Assembly: GCA_965243025.1 (NCBI GenBank)
Contig: CBDETY010000003.1
Span: forward strand, 1,696,001-1,760,000
Direction of reading: 5' to 3'
Origin: Candidatus Latescibacterota bacterium
Lineage (GTDB): Bacteria > Latescibacterota > UBA2968 > UBA8231
Length of the DNA stretch: 64,000 nucleotides
Part shown: positions 38,551 to 47,989 of the stretch, in pieces
Position numbering within the stretch: the stretch's first letter is position 1
Layout of the letters: each line of letters opens with the position of its first letter
Notes under the pieces: generated by a model
Told to the model about the DNA's origin: nothing
Database searches by the model: none
Seen by the model: the letters and a program-made list of their open reading frames with translations, nothing else
Program-made: the position numbers and the translations under genes

Positions 38551-39654
38551 TTGTGCGGATTATCGATCCAGGAAATAGCTGTGCAAACCACAAACATGAC
38601 ATCTGTTTTCGGAGCGGGCTCATGCGGCCGCCCCACACGCAGGTCCAGAACCTTCGCGGCCGCGGTGGCAACTGCAATCGGACTGGCGGGCTTCGCCCAT
38701 GGTCAGACGCTCAAAATCGCCACCCTGGCGCCGGATGGCAGCGGCTGGGTCAACACCTTGCGAGACATCGACAACGAGGTGCGGGAACGCACCGGGAACA
38801 AGGTGCGCCTGAAAATCTATCCGGGGGGAGTTCAGGGCGACGAGGACGTGATGATCCGGAAAATCAGGGTCGGCCAGCTGCACGGCGGTGGATTCGGGGG
38901 AACCGGCACTTCGGCGATCTTTCCCGACGTGCTGGCCCTGGAAATGCCGTTCCTGTTCGAGGATTACGACGAGATAGAGCATGTCCTTGCCCAAACTCAA
39001 GGGTATTATCGCCGCGGGTACGCCGAACAGGGCTACGTCCTCCTCGGCTGGTTCGATATAGGTTTCGTGTACCTGTTCTCCCAGAAGCCGATCGCCGGAG
39101 TTGACGACATCCGGGGGCTGAAAGTCTGGCGTCTTCAGGGTGAACCGGTAAGTGAGGTCCTGTTCGCCAGAATCGGCGTCACCTCCGTGCCGCTGTCCAT
39201 TCCCGATGTGCTTCTCGGTTTGCAAACCGACCTGGTCGAAGTGGTCTACACCTCTCCGGCGGCAGCGATCGTGCTCCAGTGGTTCACCCGCGTCGGTTAC
39301 TATTCGACCCTGCCTATCAACCACGTGCTCGGCGCCTTCCTCGTCGACCGACGCGCCTTCGCCAAACTCTCCGAGGAGCATCAGCAGATTCTCAGCGAGG
39401 TTTCCGACCGTCACATCCGCGCACAGAGGACCCTCAACCGGGCGGAAAACAAGGAGGCCCTGCGAGTTATTTCCAACCACGGTGTCGTCGCAGTCGACTT
39501 TCCCCCACCGGAGGTCGAATCGTTCGAGCAGGTTGTCGCCGAATCATTGCCCGACCTGAAAGGCCGCGCCTTCTCCGACGAATCGTACGAGATGGTGCAT
39601 GGATATCTGGGTGAGTACCGGCAACGACGGGCCGAGGTTCAACCGGAGGAATAG
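38551..39654 (+). CDS. dctP: TRAP substrate-binding protein DctP (TPAT P-type), start uncertain
   Basis: LKIATLAPDGS.W and IYPGGVQGDE..MIRKIR.GQL. Confidence 0.9.
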   Translation: MCGLSIQEIAVQTTNMTSVFGAGSCGRPTRRSRTFAAAVATAIGLAGFAHGQTLKIATLAPDGSGWVNTLRDIDNEVRERTGNKVRLKIYPGGVQGDEDVMIRKIRVGQLHGGGFGGTGTSAIFPDVLALEMPFLFEDYDEIEHVLAQTQGYYRRGYAEQGYVLLGWFDIGFVYLFSQKPIAGVDDIRGLKVWRLQGEPVSEVLFARIGVTSVPLSIPDVLLGLQTDLVEVVYTSPAAAIVLQWFTRVGYYSTLPINHVLGAFLVDRRAFAKLSEEHQQILSEVSDRHIRAQRTLNRAENKEALRVISNHGVVAVDFPPPEVESFEQVVAESLPDLKGRAFSDESYEMVHGYLGEYRQRRAEVQPEE

Positions 39655-39660
39655 AACTTT

Positions 39661-40152
39661 TTGTCCGCTCCCCGGGCTCCCTTGCATCACCGTATCGAAG
39701 ACGGGGTCCTCACCTTCCTAACATTCTCCCTCGTCCTGCTGGCGGTGGGTGAAATACTGTTGCGGAACCTGTTCGAGCTGACTCTCCTGTGGGGGGATCC
39801 GGCAATCCGCCACCTGGTGCTGTGGGCGGGTTTCGTTGGCGCAGCCGTGGCCGCCCGCAATGGCAGGCACCTGCGCATCGACGCCGTTCTCCGGGTCCTG
39901 CCTCCCCGCCTGCGGGGGTGGGCCGACGGCATCGGTTCGCTGTTCTCATGCGGCATCTGCTTCCTTCTCTGCCACCTGGCCGTGCGTTTCGTCAACGACG
40001 AACGGACCTTTGGCGCCGCCGGGGACCTCGCCGTGCCCACCTGGGTGCTTCAGCTCATCTTTCCCGTGACCTTCGCCATCCTCGCCCTTCGCTTCGGGGT
40101 AGAGGGGTGCAGCAAGCTTCTCGGCAAAAAACCGTTGGATGAGGGGCCGTGA
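39661..40152 (+). CDS. dctQ: TRAP small permease
   Basis: Four TM segments, LW.GFVGA..A...GRHLRID. Confidence 0.88.
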   Translation: MSAPRAPLHHRIEDGVLTFLTFSLVLLAVGEILLRNLFELTLLWGDPAIRHLVLWAGFVGAAVAARNGRHLRIDAVLRVLPPRLRGWADGIGSLFSCGICFLLCHLAVRFVNDERTFGAAGDLAVPTWVLQLIFPVTFAILALRFGVEGCSKLLGKKPLDEGP

Positions 40153-41408
40153 CCGCCTTCGCCGCGGTCCTGCTCGCCGCCTTCGGCACCCCCCTGTTCG
40201 TCATCATCGCCGCGCTTGCCCTGGCCGGATTCGCCGCCGGCGAGCTCGACCTCACCATTCTCTTCATCGAGATGTACAGACTCGCCGACACCCCGGTGCT
40301 GTCGGCGATACCCCTGTTCGCCTTTACCGGCTTCCTCCTCTCCCACAGCGACGCCGCGCGTCGTCTGGTGCGGCTCTCGGAGGAGCTGCTCGGGTGGCTT
40401 CCGGGCGGTCTGGCGATCATGGCCCTGGCAGTTTGTGCATTGCTGACGGCTTTCACCGGGGCCTCGGGAATGACCATCGTCGCCCTCGGGGGGCTGCTGT
40501 ATCCGGCTCTGAAGGCCGCCCGGTATCCGGAGCAGTTTTCACTCGGCCTGCTGACGACGTCAGGATCCCTGGGCCTGCTGTTTCCTCCAAGCATACCGCT
40601 CATTCTCTACGCCATCGTCGCTGAAACCCCCGTAGACCAGTTGTTCATCGCCGGAATCCTTCCCGGCCTCCTGCTGGTGCTTGCCCTTTCGATCTACAGC
40701 TACACGATCGGGATGCGGATTGCCCCGGCCAGGCGCAAGGGGTTCTCCGCTGTCCGCGCCTTGCGGGCGGTTCGCGCCAGCGCCTGGGAGCTCCTTCTGC
40801 CTCCCGTGGTCGTCGGCGGCATCTACGGCGGCTTCATCGCCGTGAGCGAAGCGGCTGCCCTGAGCGCGCTCTACGTCTTCATCATCGAAGTTGCAGTACA
40901 TCGGGAAATCCCGGTGCGGCGGTTGCCTGCCATCGCGCGCGATACCATGGTTCTGGTCGGCAGTATCCTCATCCTTCTAGCCGCCGCCCTGGCCTACACC
41001 AACTACGTCGTCGACGCCGAGATCCCCACCCGCCTTCTGTCCTTCATCCAGGGAGAAATCTCGAGTCGTTTCCTGTTTCTCATCCTGCTGAATCTCTTCC
41101 TCCTGGCGGTCGGTTGCATGATCGACATGTTCGCGGCCCTGGTAATCGTCGTCCCCCTCGTCCTTCCGATCGCCAAAGCTTACGACGTTCACCCCGTTCA
41201 TCTCGGGATCATTTTTCTGACCAATCTCGAAATCGGATACTCGACTCCCCCGGTGGGCATCAACCTCTTCATCGCCAGCGCCCGTTTCGATCAGTCCGTG
41301 CTCAAGCTCTACCGGGCATCGCTCCCGTTTCTCGCGATTCTGCTGGCGGCTCTTTTCGTCATCACGTACGTGCCGGAACTGAGCCTGTTGTTCGTCGGCA
41401 TGGATTGA
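40149..41408 (+). CDS. dctM: TRAP large permease
   Basis: AIPLFAF, GSLGLLFPPSIP and TPPVGINLF. Confidence 0.93.
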   Translation: MTAFAAVLLAAFGTPLFVIIAALALAGFAAGELDLTILFIEMYRLADTPVLSAIPLFAFTGFLLSHSDAARRLVRLSEELLGWLPGGLAIMALAVCALLTAFTGASGMTIVALGGLLYPALKAARYPEQFSLGLLTTSGSLGLLFPPSIPLILYAIVAETPVDQLFIAGILPGLLLVLALSIYSYTIGMRIAPARRKGFSAVRALRAVRASAWELLLPPVVVGGIYGGFIAVSEAAALSALYVFIIEVAVHREIPVRRLPAIARDTMVLVGSILILLAAALAYTNYVVDAEIPTRLLSFIQGEISSRFLFLILLNLFLLAVGCMIDMFAALVIVVPLVLPIAKAYDVHPVHLGIIFLTNLEIGYSTPPVGINLFIASARFDQSVLKLYRASLPFLAILLAALFVITYVPELSLLFVGMD

Positions 41409-41447
41409 ACCGGCGGGCCAGGCTCCCGGCAAGGAGGATCCTGTAGA

Positions 41448-42656
41448 GTGTCGAAGATCAAGGAGATTCGCTGCATCAGAAGCCGGGCAGGGGGCCACTG
41501 GGTCATCGTCAAGGTGATCACCGACCAGCCCGGGTTGTGGGGAATCGGTTCGGCAAACGACTACCACCACTCATCCGCGGTGGTAACCGCCATGGAGGAA
41601 GTCGTCGCCCCCCGTCTGATCGGCCGCGACGCCGACGACATCGAGGATATCTGGCAGAGCACCTTCACCAGCGCCTACTGGCGCAACAGCTCGATTCTCA
41701 ATGTCCTTCTCGGGGGCATCGACATGGCACTGTGGGATATCAAGGGGAAGGAAGCCGGCATGCCGGTCTACCAGCTGCTCGGGGGCCGCTGCCGCACCGC
41801 AGTCCCGTGTTACGCCCACGCCAGCGGCAACGATTTCGAGAGCCTCGCCGATGATATCCAGCGCTACCTCGAAGAAGGCTATCCGGTGGTCCGCTGCCAG
41901 CTGGGCGGGTACGGCGGCGGCGGTTTCATCGAGTCGGAGCGCGCTGCCCGCCCGAAAAACGCCTGGCCCGCCTCTCACGTCTTCGACGACGAGGAGTACC
42001 TGGCAACGATCCCGAAGATGTTCGAACACCTCCGGGCGAAGCTCGGGTTCGGTCCCAAACTGACTCACGACGTACACGAACATCTCAGGCCGCAGAGTGC
42101 GGTGGCGCTGTCGAAGCTGCTGGAACCCTGCCGCCTGTTCTTTCTCGAAGACGTGCTGCCGCCGGAGCAGATCGCCTGGTTCCGGATGATCCGCGAGCAG
42201 TGCACGACCCCGCAGGCGATGGGTGAGCTCTTCGTCAACCCGCACGAGTACGTGCCCCTGATAACGGAGCGGCTGATAGACTACGTGCGCGTGCGAGTGT
42301 CGAAGGCCGGAGGAATCACCCCTTGCCGCAAGATCGCGGCGCTGTGCGAATTCTTCGGGGTTCAGACCGCCTGGCAGGAAGGAGGGGACAACGATCCGGT
42401 AAACCAGGCGGCGGCGATGCATCTCGACATGGCTTCACCCAGCTTCGGCATTCAGGAGGAGAACCACTTCAGCGAAGAGGAGCTCGAGGCGTTCCCCGGC
42501 CATGCCGTGCTGGAAGGTGGATACCTCTATCCCAGCGGCAACCCCGGACTCGGAGTCGACGTCGACGAGGAGAAAGCAGCCTCCCTTTTCGACCGGCCCC
42601 GTCCGACTTACGCCGCCGAGGACCGGCGCGCCGACGGTTCGGTGGTGCGCCCATAG
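41448..42656 (+). CDS. Enolase-superfamily sugar-acid dehydratase (RspA/mannonate dehydratase-like)
   Basis: GIDMALWDIKGK, HDVHE, FFLED, GELF, NFGIQE-like SFGIQE and C-terminal DGSVVRP. Confidence 0.87.
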   Translation: MSKIKEIRCIRSRAGGHWVIVKVITDQPGLWGIGSANDYHHSSAVVTAMEEVVAPRLIGRDADDIEDIWQSTFTSAYWRNSSILNVLLGGIDMALWDIKGKEAGMPVYQLLGGRCRTAVPCYAHASGNDFESLADDIQRYLEEGYPVVRCQLGGYGGGGFIESERAARPKNAWPASHVFDDEEYLATIPKMFEHLRAKLGFGPKLTHDVHEHLRPQSAVALSKLLEPCRLFFLEDVLPPEQIAWFRMIREQCTTPQAMGELFVNPHEYVPLITERLIDYVRVRVSKAGGITPCRKIAALCEFFGVQTAWQEGGDNDPVNQAAAMHLDMASPSFGIQEENHFSEEELEAFPGHAVLEGGYLYPSGNPGLGVDVDEEKAASLFDRPRPTYAAEDRRADGSVVRP

Positions 42657-42681
42657 CCCGGACATATTCCCGGTCGGCTGC

Positions 42682-44061
42682 GTGCAAAACGGGAAGGTGG
42701 TCTCATCCATCATCGCGCTGGTCCTGCTGGGCATCGGGCTGGCGGCACCCTTCGACCTCCTTTCCCCGGCGGCGCAGCGAGCCCTCGGGGTGACTGTCTG
42801 CGCGGTGATCCTGTGGACGGCGCGGCCGATCCGGATCGAGCTGACATCACTCCTCCTCCTGCTGCTGATACCCCTGGCCGGGCTGCTCTCCTTCAAGGAG
42901 ACTTTTCAACCCTTCGCCAATCCCACGGTCTGGCTCGTATTCGCCGGCCTGGTGCTGAGTCTCGCCCTCTGCTTCTCCGGCCTCGACCGCGCCCTGGCGG
43001 CGAGGGCGGGGAGGGTGCTGGGAGGCAGCAGGTTGCGAATGCTTGTCTCACTCCACGCCATGGGCCTGGCCGCCGCTCTCCTCATCCCTTCCGGAGTCGT
43101 GCGGGTCCTGCTGCTCGTGCCCTTCGGCGTCGCTCTGGTCGAACGGGGCCGCGGCAAAGGCAATCCCCTTCTCGAAGTGACGGTTCTGCTGTCGCTGGTC
43201 TGCAGCACGTACTACGGAGGCTGCGGCATCCTCACGGGAGCGGTGCCCAATCTCGTGGTCGCCGGAAGGCTGGAAGAGGTCACCGGCCGCGTTCTTTTCT
43301 GGGGGGAGTGGCTGCAGTGGATGTTTCCCGTCATCGGCGTGCTCCGTACGTCCCTCTGCCTCGGAGTTGTCTGGGTGCTGTTCGCACGCCGCCTCCCCCC
43401 CTCCAGCCTGGAAACCGGGCCGCAGGTTTCCGTTGCACCCCTGGACGCTCCCCAGCGCCGCATGCTGGCAATCCTTCTCTCCGGGGTGGCGCTGTGGGCG
43501 ACGGATACAATCCACCACCTGCCCCCGGTGTACGTAGGGCTGATTCTCGTGGTTGCCTGCCTTTTTCCACGGTGGGGGCCGTTGCGTATCGCGCAGATCC
43601 GCCAGGCCAACCTCCCCTTCCTTTTCTACCTGGTGGCACTTTTCGCAATCGGCAACATCCTGCAGCAGAGCGGCTTCACCGGACTCGCCCTGGACTTCAT
43701 GCTGTCCCGCGCGGACATCGACTCGCTCCCGGCCCCGGAGCAGCACCTGGCGATAACGGCGGTGGTGCTGCCCCTGGATTTCCTGATGGATATCGCAGCC
43801 GTGGCGGCTGTCGTGACACCCACCATGCTCGAACTGGCCAGCCTGCACGGACTTTCACCGGTTGCCGCGGCCATGAGCGTCGCCATGGCCACGACCCTCG
43901 TTTTCCTGCCCTACCAGTCCGCCCCCTTCATGGTAGCCCTCGAGTTCGGGCGTTTCACCATGGGGCAGCTCGTCTCCTGCATGATGGCGATATCGATTCT
44001 CTCCGTCCTGGTGTTGTGTCCCCTGAACGTTCTGTACTGGTATGTTTCGGGGTTGATCTGA
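42682..44061 (+). CDS. SLC13/DASS-family anion transporter
   Basis: Polytopic protein with FANPTVWLVFAG, LIPSGVVR, LTGAVPN and FLPYQSAP. Start set at GTG 42682. Confidence 0.8.
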   Translation: MQNGKVVSSIIALVLLGIGLAAPFDLLSPAAQRALGVTVCAVILWTARPIRIELTSLLLLLLIPLAGLLSFKETFQPFANPTVWLVFAGLVLSLALCFSGLDRALAARAGRVLGGSRLRMLVSLHAMGLAAALLIPSGVVRVLLLVPFGVALVERGRGKGNPLLEVTVLLSLVCSTYYGGCGILTGAVPNLVVAGRLEEVTGRVLFWGEWLQWMFPVIGVLRTSLCLGVVWVLFARRLPPSSLETGPQVSVAPLDAPQRRMLAILLSGVALWATDTIHHLPPVYVGLILVVACLFPRWGPLRIAQIRQANLPFLFYLVALFAIGNILQQSGFTGLALDFMLSRADIDSLPAPEQHLAITAVVLPLDFLMDIAAVAAVVTPTMLELASLHGLSPVAAAMSVAMATTLVFLPYQSAPFMVALEFGRFTMGQLVSCMMAISILSVLVLCPLNVLYWYVSGLI

Positions 44062-44254
44062 CAAGCCCCGGGTGATTTTTCGGGCGCTGGCGATCATCGA
44101 TTTCAGTGGTTATTATCTGCAAATACGGTTGCCGCTTTCCGTAGAACCACTCCGGACCGGGCTCCAGCCGGATGGTTTCCGCGATTGCCGAGCTGGCTTC
44201 CCGTATCTTCCCCCCTGCTTTTCGCTCTAAAGCCCACTCCCCCCGGATCGCCCG

Positions 44255-45682
44255 ATGACGGACCGCGTCGACAACGTCCTGGCCTCCCGCTACGCGAGCC
44301 GGTCGTTGCGCCGCCTGTGGTCGGAGCACGGCAAGATCCTGCTCGAGCGCGAGTTGTGGATAGCCGTGCTCAAGGCGCAGCGCGACCTCGGCCTGAACAT
44401 TCCCGCCGATGCGATCGAGGCGTACGAGCGCACCAAGGAGCAGGTCGATCTCGCTTCAATCCGTCGCCGCGAGGCCGGGACAAGGCACGACGTCAAGGCC
44501 AAGATCGAGGAATTCTGCGCCCTGGCAGGTCACCAACAGATCCACAAGGGAATGACCAGCCGCGACCTCACGGACAATGTCGAACAGTTCCAGGTCCTGA
44601 AGAGCCTTCAGCTCATCGCGCCCAAGTACGTCCACCTCCTCGACTGCCTGAGCAGGCGCAGCCGGGAGTGGCAGGATCTCTCCGTGGTCGGCCGAACCCA
44701 TCACGCCGCGGCTCAGCCGACCACAATGGGAAAACGGCTGGCAATGTTCGGCCAGGAGATGGTGCTCGCCTTCGGCCGGCTCGAGGAACTGGTCGAGCGC
44801 TATCCCCTGCGCGGACTGCAGGGGGCGGTCGGTACGGGTCTCGATCAACTGACCTTGTTCGAGGGGGATGTCGAAAAGCTTTCGCGGCTGCAGCGGAAGG
44901 TTCTCACCTGTCTCGGGTTCCGGGGCCAGCTGGTCGCGGTGGGCCAGGTCTACCCGCGCAGCCTCGACTTCGACGTCATCAGCTGCCTCTACCAACTGGG
45001 CGGCGGCATGGCAAACCTGGCGCGCACGCTGCGACTGATGGCGGGGGCGGAAACGGCGACGGAGGGTTTTGCCGAAGGTCAGGTAGGATCCTCGGCCATG
45101 CCGCACAAGATGAACACCCGCAGCAGCGAGCGCATCAATGGACTGGAGGTGGTCCTTTCAGGGTACGTGCAGATGGCGGCCGGAATGGTCGGCGACCAGT
45201 GGTTCGAAGGGGACGTCTCCTGCTCGGTGGTGCGCCGCGTCGCCTTGCCCGACTCCTTCTTCGCTTTCGACGGCATGCTCGAAACCGCCCTGCACGTGGT
45301 GGAGGACATGGGGGTCTACCCGGTCGCCCTGCAGCGGGAGCTGGAGAAGTACATGCCCTTCCTGGCGACCACCACCCTGTTGATGGAATCGGTGCGCCGC
45401 GGCGCCGGTCGCGAGCAGGTCCACGAGGCGGTCAGGGAACTGGCCGTCGACGCCGCCCTGCGCATCCGGGACGGCCGCGAAAGCGACGGCAGCGGGCTGA
45501 TCGAACGGCTCGGGGAGGACGGCCGCATTCCTTTGACGACCCGGGAGATAGAAGAGATACTCGCCAACCGCGATTTCGTCGGGGGAGCCCGCGACCAGGT
45601 GAGCCGTTTCATCGCGGAAGTCGATGCTCTCGTGAACCGCTATCCGAAATCCCGGGAAGTCTCCAAAGGCCGCCTTTTGTAG
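44255..45682 (+). CDS. purB: Adenylosuccinate lyase
   Basis: NVLASRYAS, TRHDVKA, HKGMTSRD, GRTH and GSSAMPHKMN. Confidence 0.96.
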   Translation: MTDRVDNVLASRYASRSLRRLWSEHGKILLERELWIAVLKAQRDLGLNIPADAIEAYERTKEQVDLASIRRREAGTRHDVKAKIEEFCALAGHQQIHKGMTSRDLTDNVEQFQVLKSLQLIAPKYVHLLDCLSRRSREWQDLSVVGRTHHAAAQPTTMGKRLAMFGQEMVLAFGRLEELVERYPLRGLQGAVGTGLDQLTLFEGDVEKLSRLQRKVLTCLGFRGQLVAVGQVYPRSLDFDVISCLYQLGGGMANLARTLRLMAGAETATEGFAEGQVGSSAMPHKMNTRSSERINGLEVVLSGYVQMAAGMVGDQWFEGDVSCSVVRRVALPDSFFAFDGMLETALHVVEDMGVYPVALQRELEKYMPFLATTTLLMESVRRGAGREQVHEAVRELAVDAALRIRDGRESDGSGLIERLGEDGRIPLTTREIEEILANRDFVGGARDQVSRFIAEVDALVNRYPKSREVSKGRLL

Positions 45683-45698
45683 GCGGCCTTTTTTTTTT
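45665..45698 (+). terminator. Intrinsic terminator overlapping the purB stop codon
   Basis: AAAGGCCGCCT-TTTGT-AGGCGGCC followed by T10. Confidence 0.85.
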
Positions 45699-45737
45699 GC
45701 AGCACAACCAGTCGGGAACCAGGAGACTGCAAACCGG

Positions 45738-46481
45738 ATGAAATACGAACGGGTCTTGTTGAAGCTGAGCGGGCGGGCGGTTTCGGGAGCGCGGGAGTTC
45801 GGATTCTCTCCCGAGTCCCTGGAGCATATTGCCGACGAGGTTCTCGCCCTGCACGCAAGGGGGGTGCAGATCTCGATCGTCATCGGGGGCGGCAACATCT
45901 TCCACGGCCACCTCGCCGCCCAGTGGGGGATCGAGCGAGCCGAGGCGGACAACATCGGCATGATGGGGACCATCATCAACAGCCTGATGTTGCGAGGCGT
46001 CCTCAAAGGGCGCTCCAACTCGTCTGTCGAAGTCCGGGTCATGACCGCAATCCCCGTTAACACGGTCGCCGAACCGTTCATACGGCTGCGCGCAGTCCAC
46101 CACCTCGAAAAGGGCTACATCGTCATTTTCGCCGGCGGTACCGGCAACCCTTACGTCACTACCGATTACACCGCGGCGCAGCGAGCTCTCGAAACCCGTT
46201 GCGACGGTCTCCTCTTCGCCAAGAACAGGGCGCGCGGGATCTTCACCGCCGACCCGCGCGAAGATCCGTCCGCCCGCATGTATCGCCGCGTGAGCTACGG
46301 TACGATCCTGCGCAACAATCTCACCGTGGTCGACCAGCAGTCGGTCATCCTCGCCAGGGACCATCATCTGCCGTTTCACGTCTTCGACTTCGCCGAAAAG
46401 TCGACGATCGCCCGCCTCTGTTGCGGCGACACCGAGACCGGAACCTATGTAGGCGACGTCGGAGAGGACGAATTGGCCTGA
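45738..46481 (+). CDS. pyrH: UMP kinase family protein
   Basis: RVLLKLSG, GGGNIF, ADNIGM and FAGGTGNPYVTTD. Confidence 0.85.
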   Translation: MKYERVLLKLSGRAVSGAREFGFSPESLEHIADEVLALHARGVQISIVIGGGNIFHGHLAAQWGIERAEADNIGMMGTIINSLMLRGVLKGRSNSSVEVRVMTAIPVNTVAEPFIRLRAVHHLEKGYIVIFAGGTGNPYVTTDYTAAQRALETRCDGLLFAKNRARGIFTADPREDPSARMYRRVSYGTILRNNLTVVDQQSVILARDHHLPFHVFDFAEKSTIARLCCGDTETGTYVGDVGEDELA

Positions 46482-46671
46482 TCCTGTCTTTCGAGCGGCA
46501 CCAGGGACCGCTCTACCCGGCCACACCTGCAACCTCCGCGGCTTCCGTCAGGTTCCGTTGGAGCAGGTTGACAGCACCAGATCGGTTGAACCCTTACAAT
46601 TTCAAGATTGAAAACGACTGTTTGCGACGGCGGATGTTCCGCCCGAACCACGGCAACCATGGAGGAATGAA

Positions 46672-47310
46672 TTGACTGCGGCTGAAATCAAGGCAACCAA
46701 CATCACCTGGCACGAGGGCCACGTGGCGAGGCAGCAACGGGAGGCCCGGCTCGGCCAGAGCGGCGTCCTGGTCTGGCTCACCGGACTTCCCAGCTCCGGA
46801 AAGAGCACGATCGCCTTCACCGCCGAACACGCCCTGGCCGCCCGCGGCTTCCACGCCTACGTCCTCGACGGGGACAACATCCGCCATGGCCTCAACTCGA
46901 ACCTGGGGTTCTCCGCGGCAGACCGCGCCGAGAACATCCGCCGCATCGGCGAGGTAGGAAAACTGTTCGTCGATGCCGGCATCATCACATTCAGCAGCTT
47001 CGTGAGCCCGTACCGGGAAGACCGGGATAATGTGCGCGCCAGTCTCGGCGAGGGGGACTTCCTCGAGGTCTTCATCGACACCCCCGTGGAACTGTGCGAG
47101 GAGAGAGACCCGAAGGGGCTGTACGCCAGGGCGAGGGCGGGTGAAATCCCGAACTTCACCGGTGTTTCGGATCCGTACGAACCGCCCGAAAACCCCGAGC
47201 TGGTGATCTCCACGGCATCCTGCACCCCGTTGGAAGCTGCCGCCGTGCTCCTCGATCTCCTCGATGAGCGGGGAAAGACCGGCACGAATCCTGAAAGCCG
47301 TTGCGGGTAA
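46672..47310 (+). CDS. cysC: Adenylyl-sulfate kinase
   Basis: WLTGLPSSGKST, LDGDNIRHGL, RDPKGLY and FTGVSDPYE. Confidence 0.96.
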   Translation: MTAAEIKATNITWHEGHVARQQREARLGQSGVLVWLTGLPSSGKSTIAFTAEHALAARGFHAYVLDGDNIRHGLNSNLGFSAADRAENIRRIGEVGKLFVDAGIITFSSFVSPYREDRDNVRASLGEGDFLEVFIDTPVELCEERDPKGLYARARAGEIPNFTGVSDPYEPPENPELVISTASCTPLEAAAVLLDLLDERGKTGTNPESRCG

Positions 47311-47314
47311 GGTC

Positions 47315-47755
47315 ATGTCTCTGGTTGACGAAATCCGGTTCGACTCCGCCGGCCTGGTGCCGGCAGCGGTAACCGACTGCGAATCGGGGCGCCTGCTCGT
47401 CCTCTGCTACATGAACGCCGAGGCCCTCGAGAAGACCCTTTCGGAAGGTACAGTCCATCTGTTTCGGCGTTCCCGAGGGGAGGTCGTACCCAAGGGAGTC
47501 GACTCCGGGCACGTGCAGGAGGTCGAGGAGATCCGCATCAACTGCGACAGCAACTCCCTCGAAATCAGGGTGCGCCAGAAAGTTGCAGCCTGCGCATACG
47601 GTTACTACTCCTGCTATTTCCGCCGTTGGGATGAGGAAAACGAGGTTTGGGTCGTCGAAGAAGAGCAGGTCTTCGACCCTGACGAAGTCTACCGCAAGCG
47701 CCAGGGTTATCGATCGGGGACCCGGAAGGAAGCCAAGCGCGCCGGGAAAGGATGA
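47315..47755 (+). CDS. hisI: Phosphoribosyl-AMP cyclohydrolase-like protein
   Basis: GLVPA, YMNAEAL, RSR...KG..SG..Q, NCDSNSL and AC...YYSCYFR. Confidence 0.78.
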   Translation: MSLVDEIRFDSAGLVPAAVTDCESGRLLVLCYMNAEALEKTLSEGTVHLFRRSRGEVVPKGVDSGHVQEVEEIRINCDSNSLEIRVRQKVAACAYGYYSCYFRRWDEENEVWVVEEEQVFDPDEVYRKRQGYRSGTRKEAKRAGKG

Positions 47756-47989
47756 AGGAGATCGCACGCAAGGTTCAGGTGGACGGAACTGCGATCCCTC
47801 AATGAAGCGGCGGAAATCGGCGCCGAAGCACCCGCGCAAGAACCATTCTCCGTATTCCGCATCCGCGTTGGGGACCCGTGCCCAGGCAAGTCCCAGGGCT
47901 CCCTTCTCGTCCATCCTGCGGCAGGATGGCGATAAGCCCGGGTCATCGCTCCGTCGCGCTGCGAAAGAACAACTGCGGCCCGCATTCTG

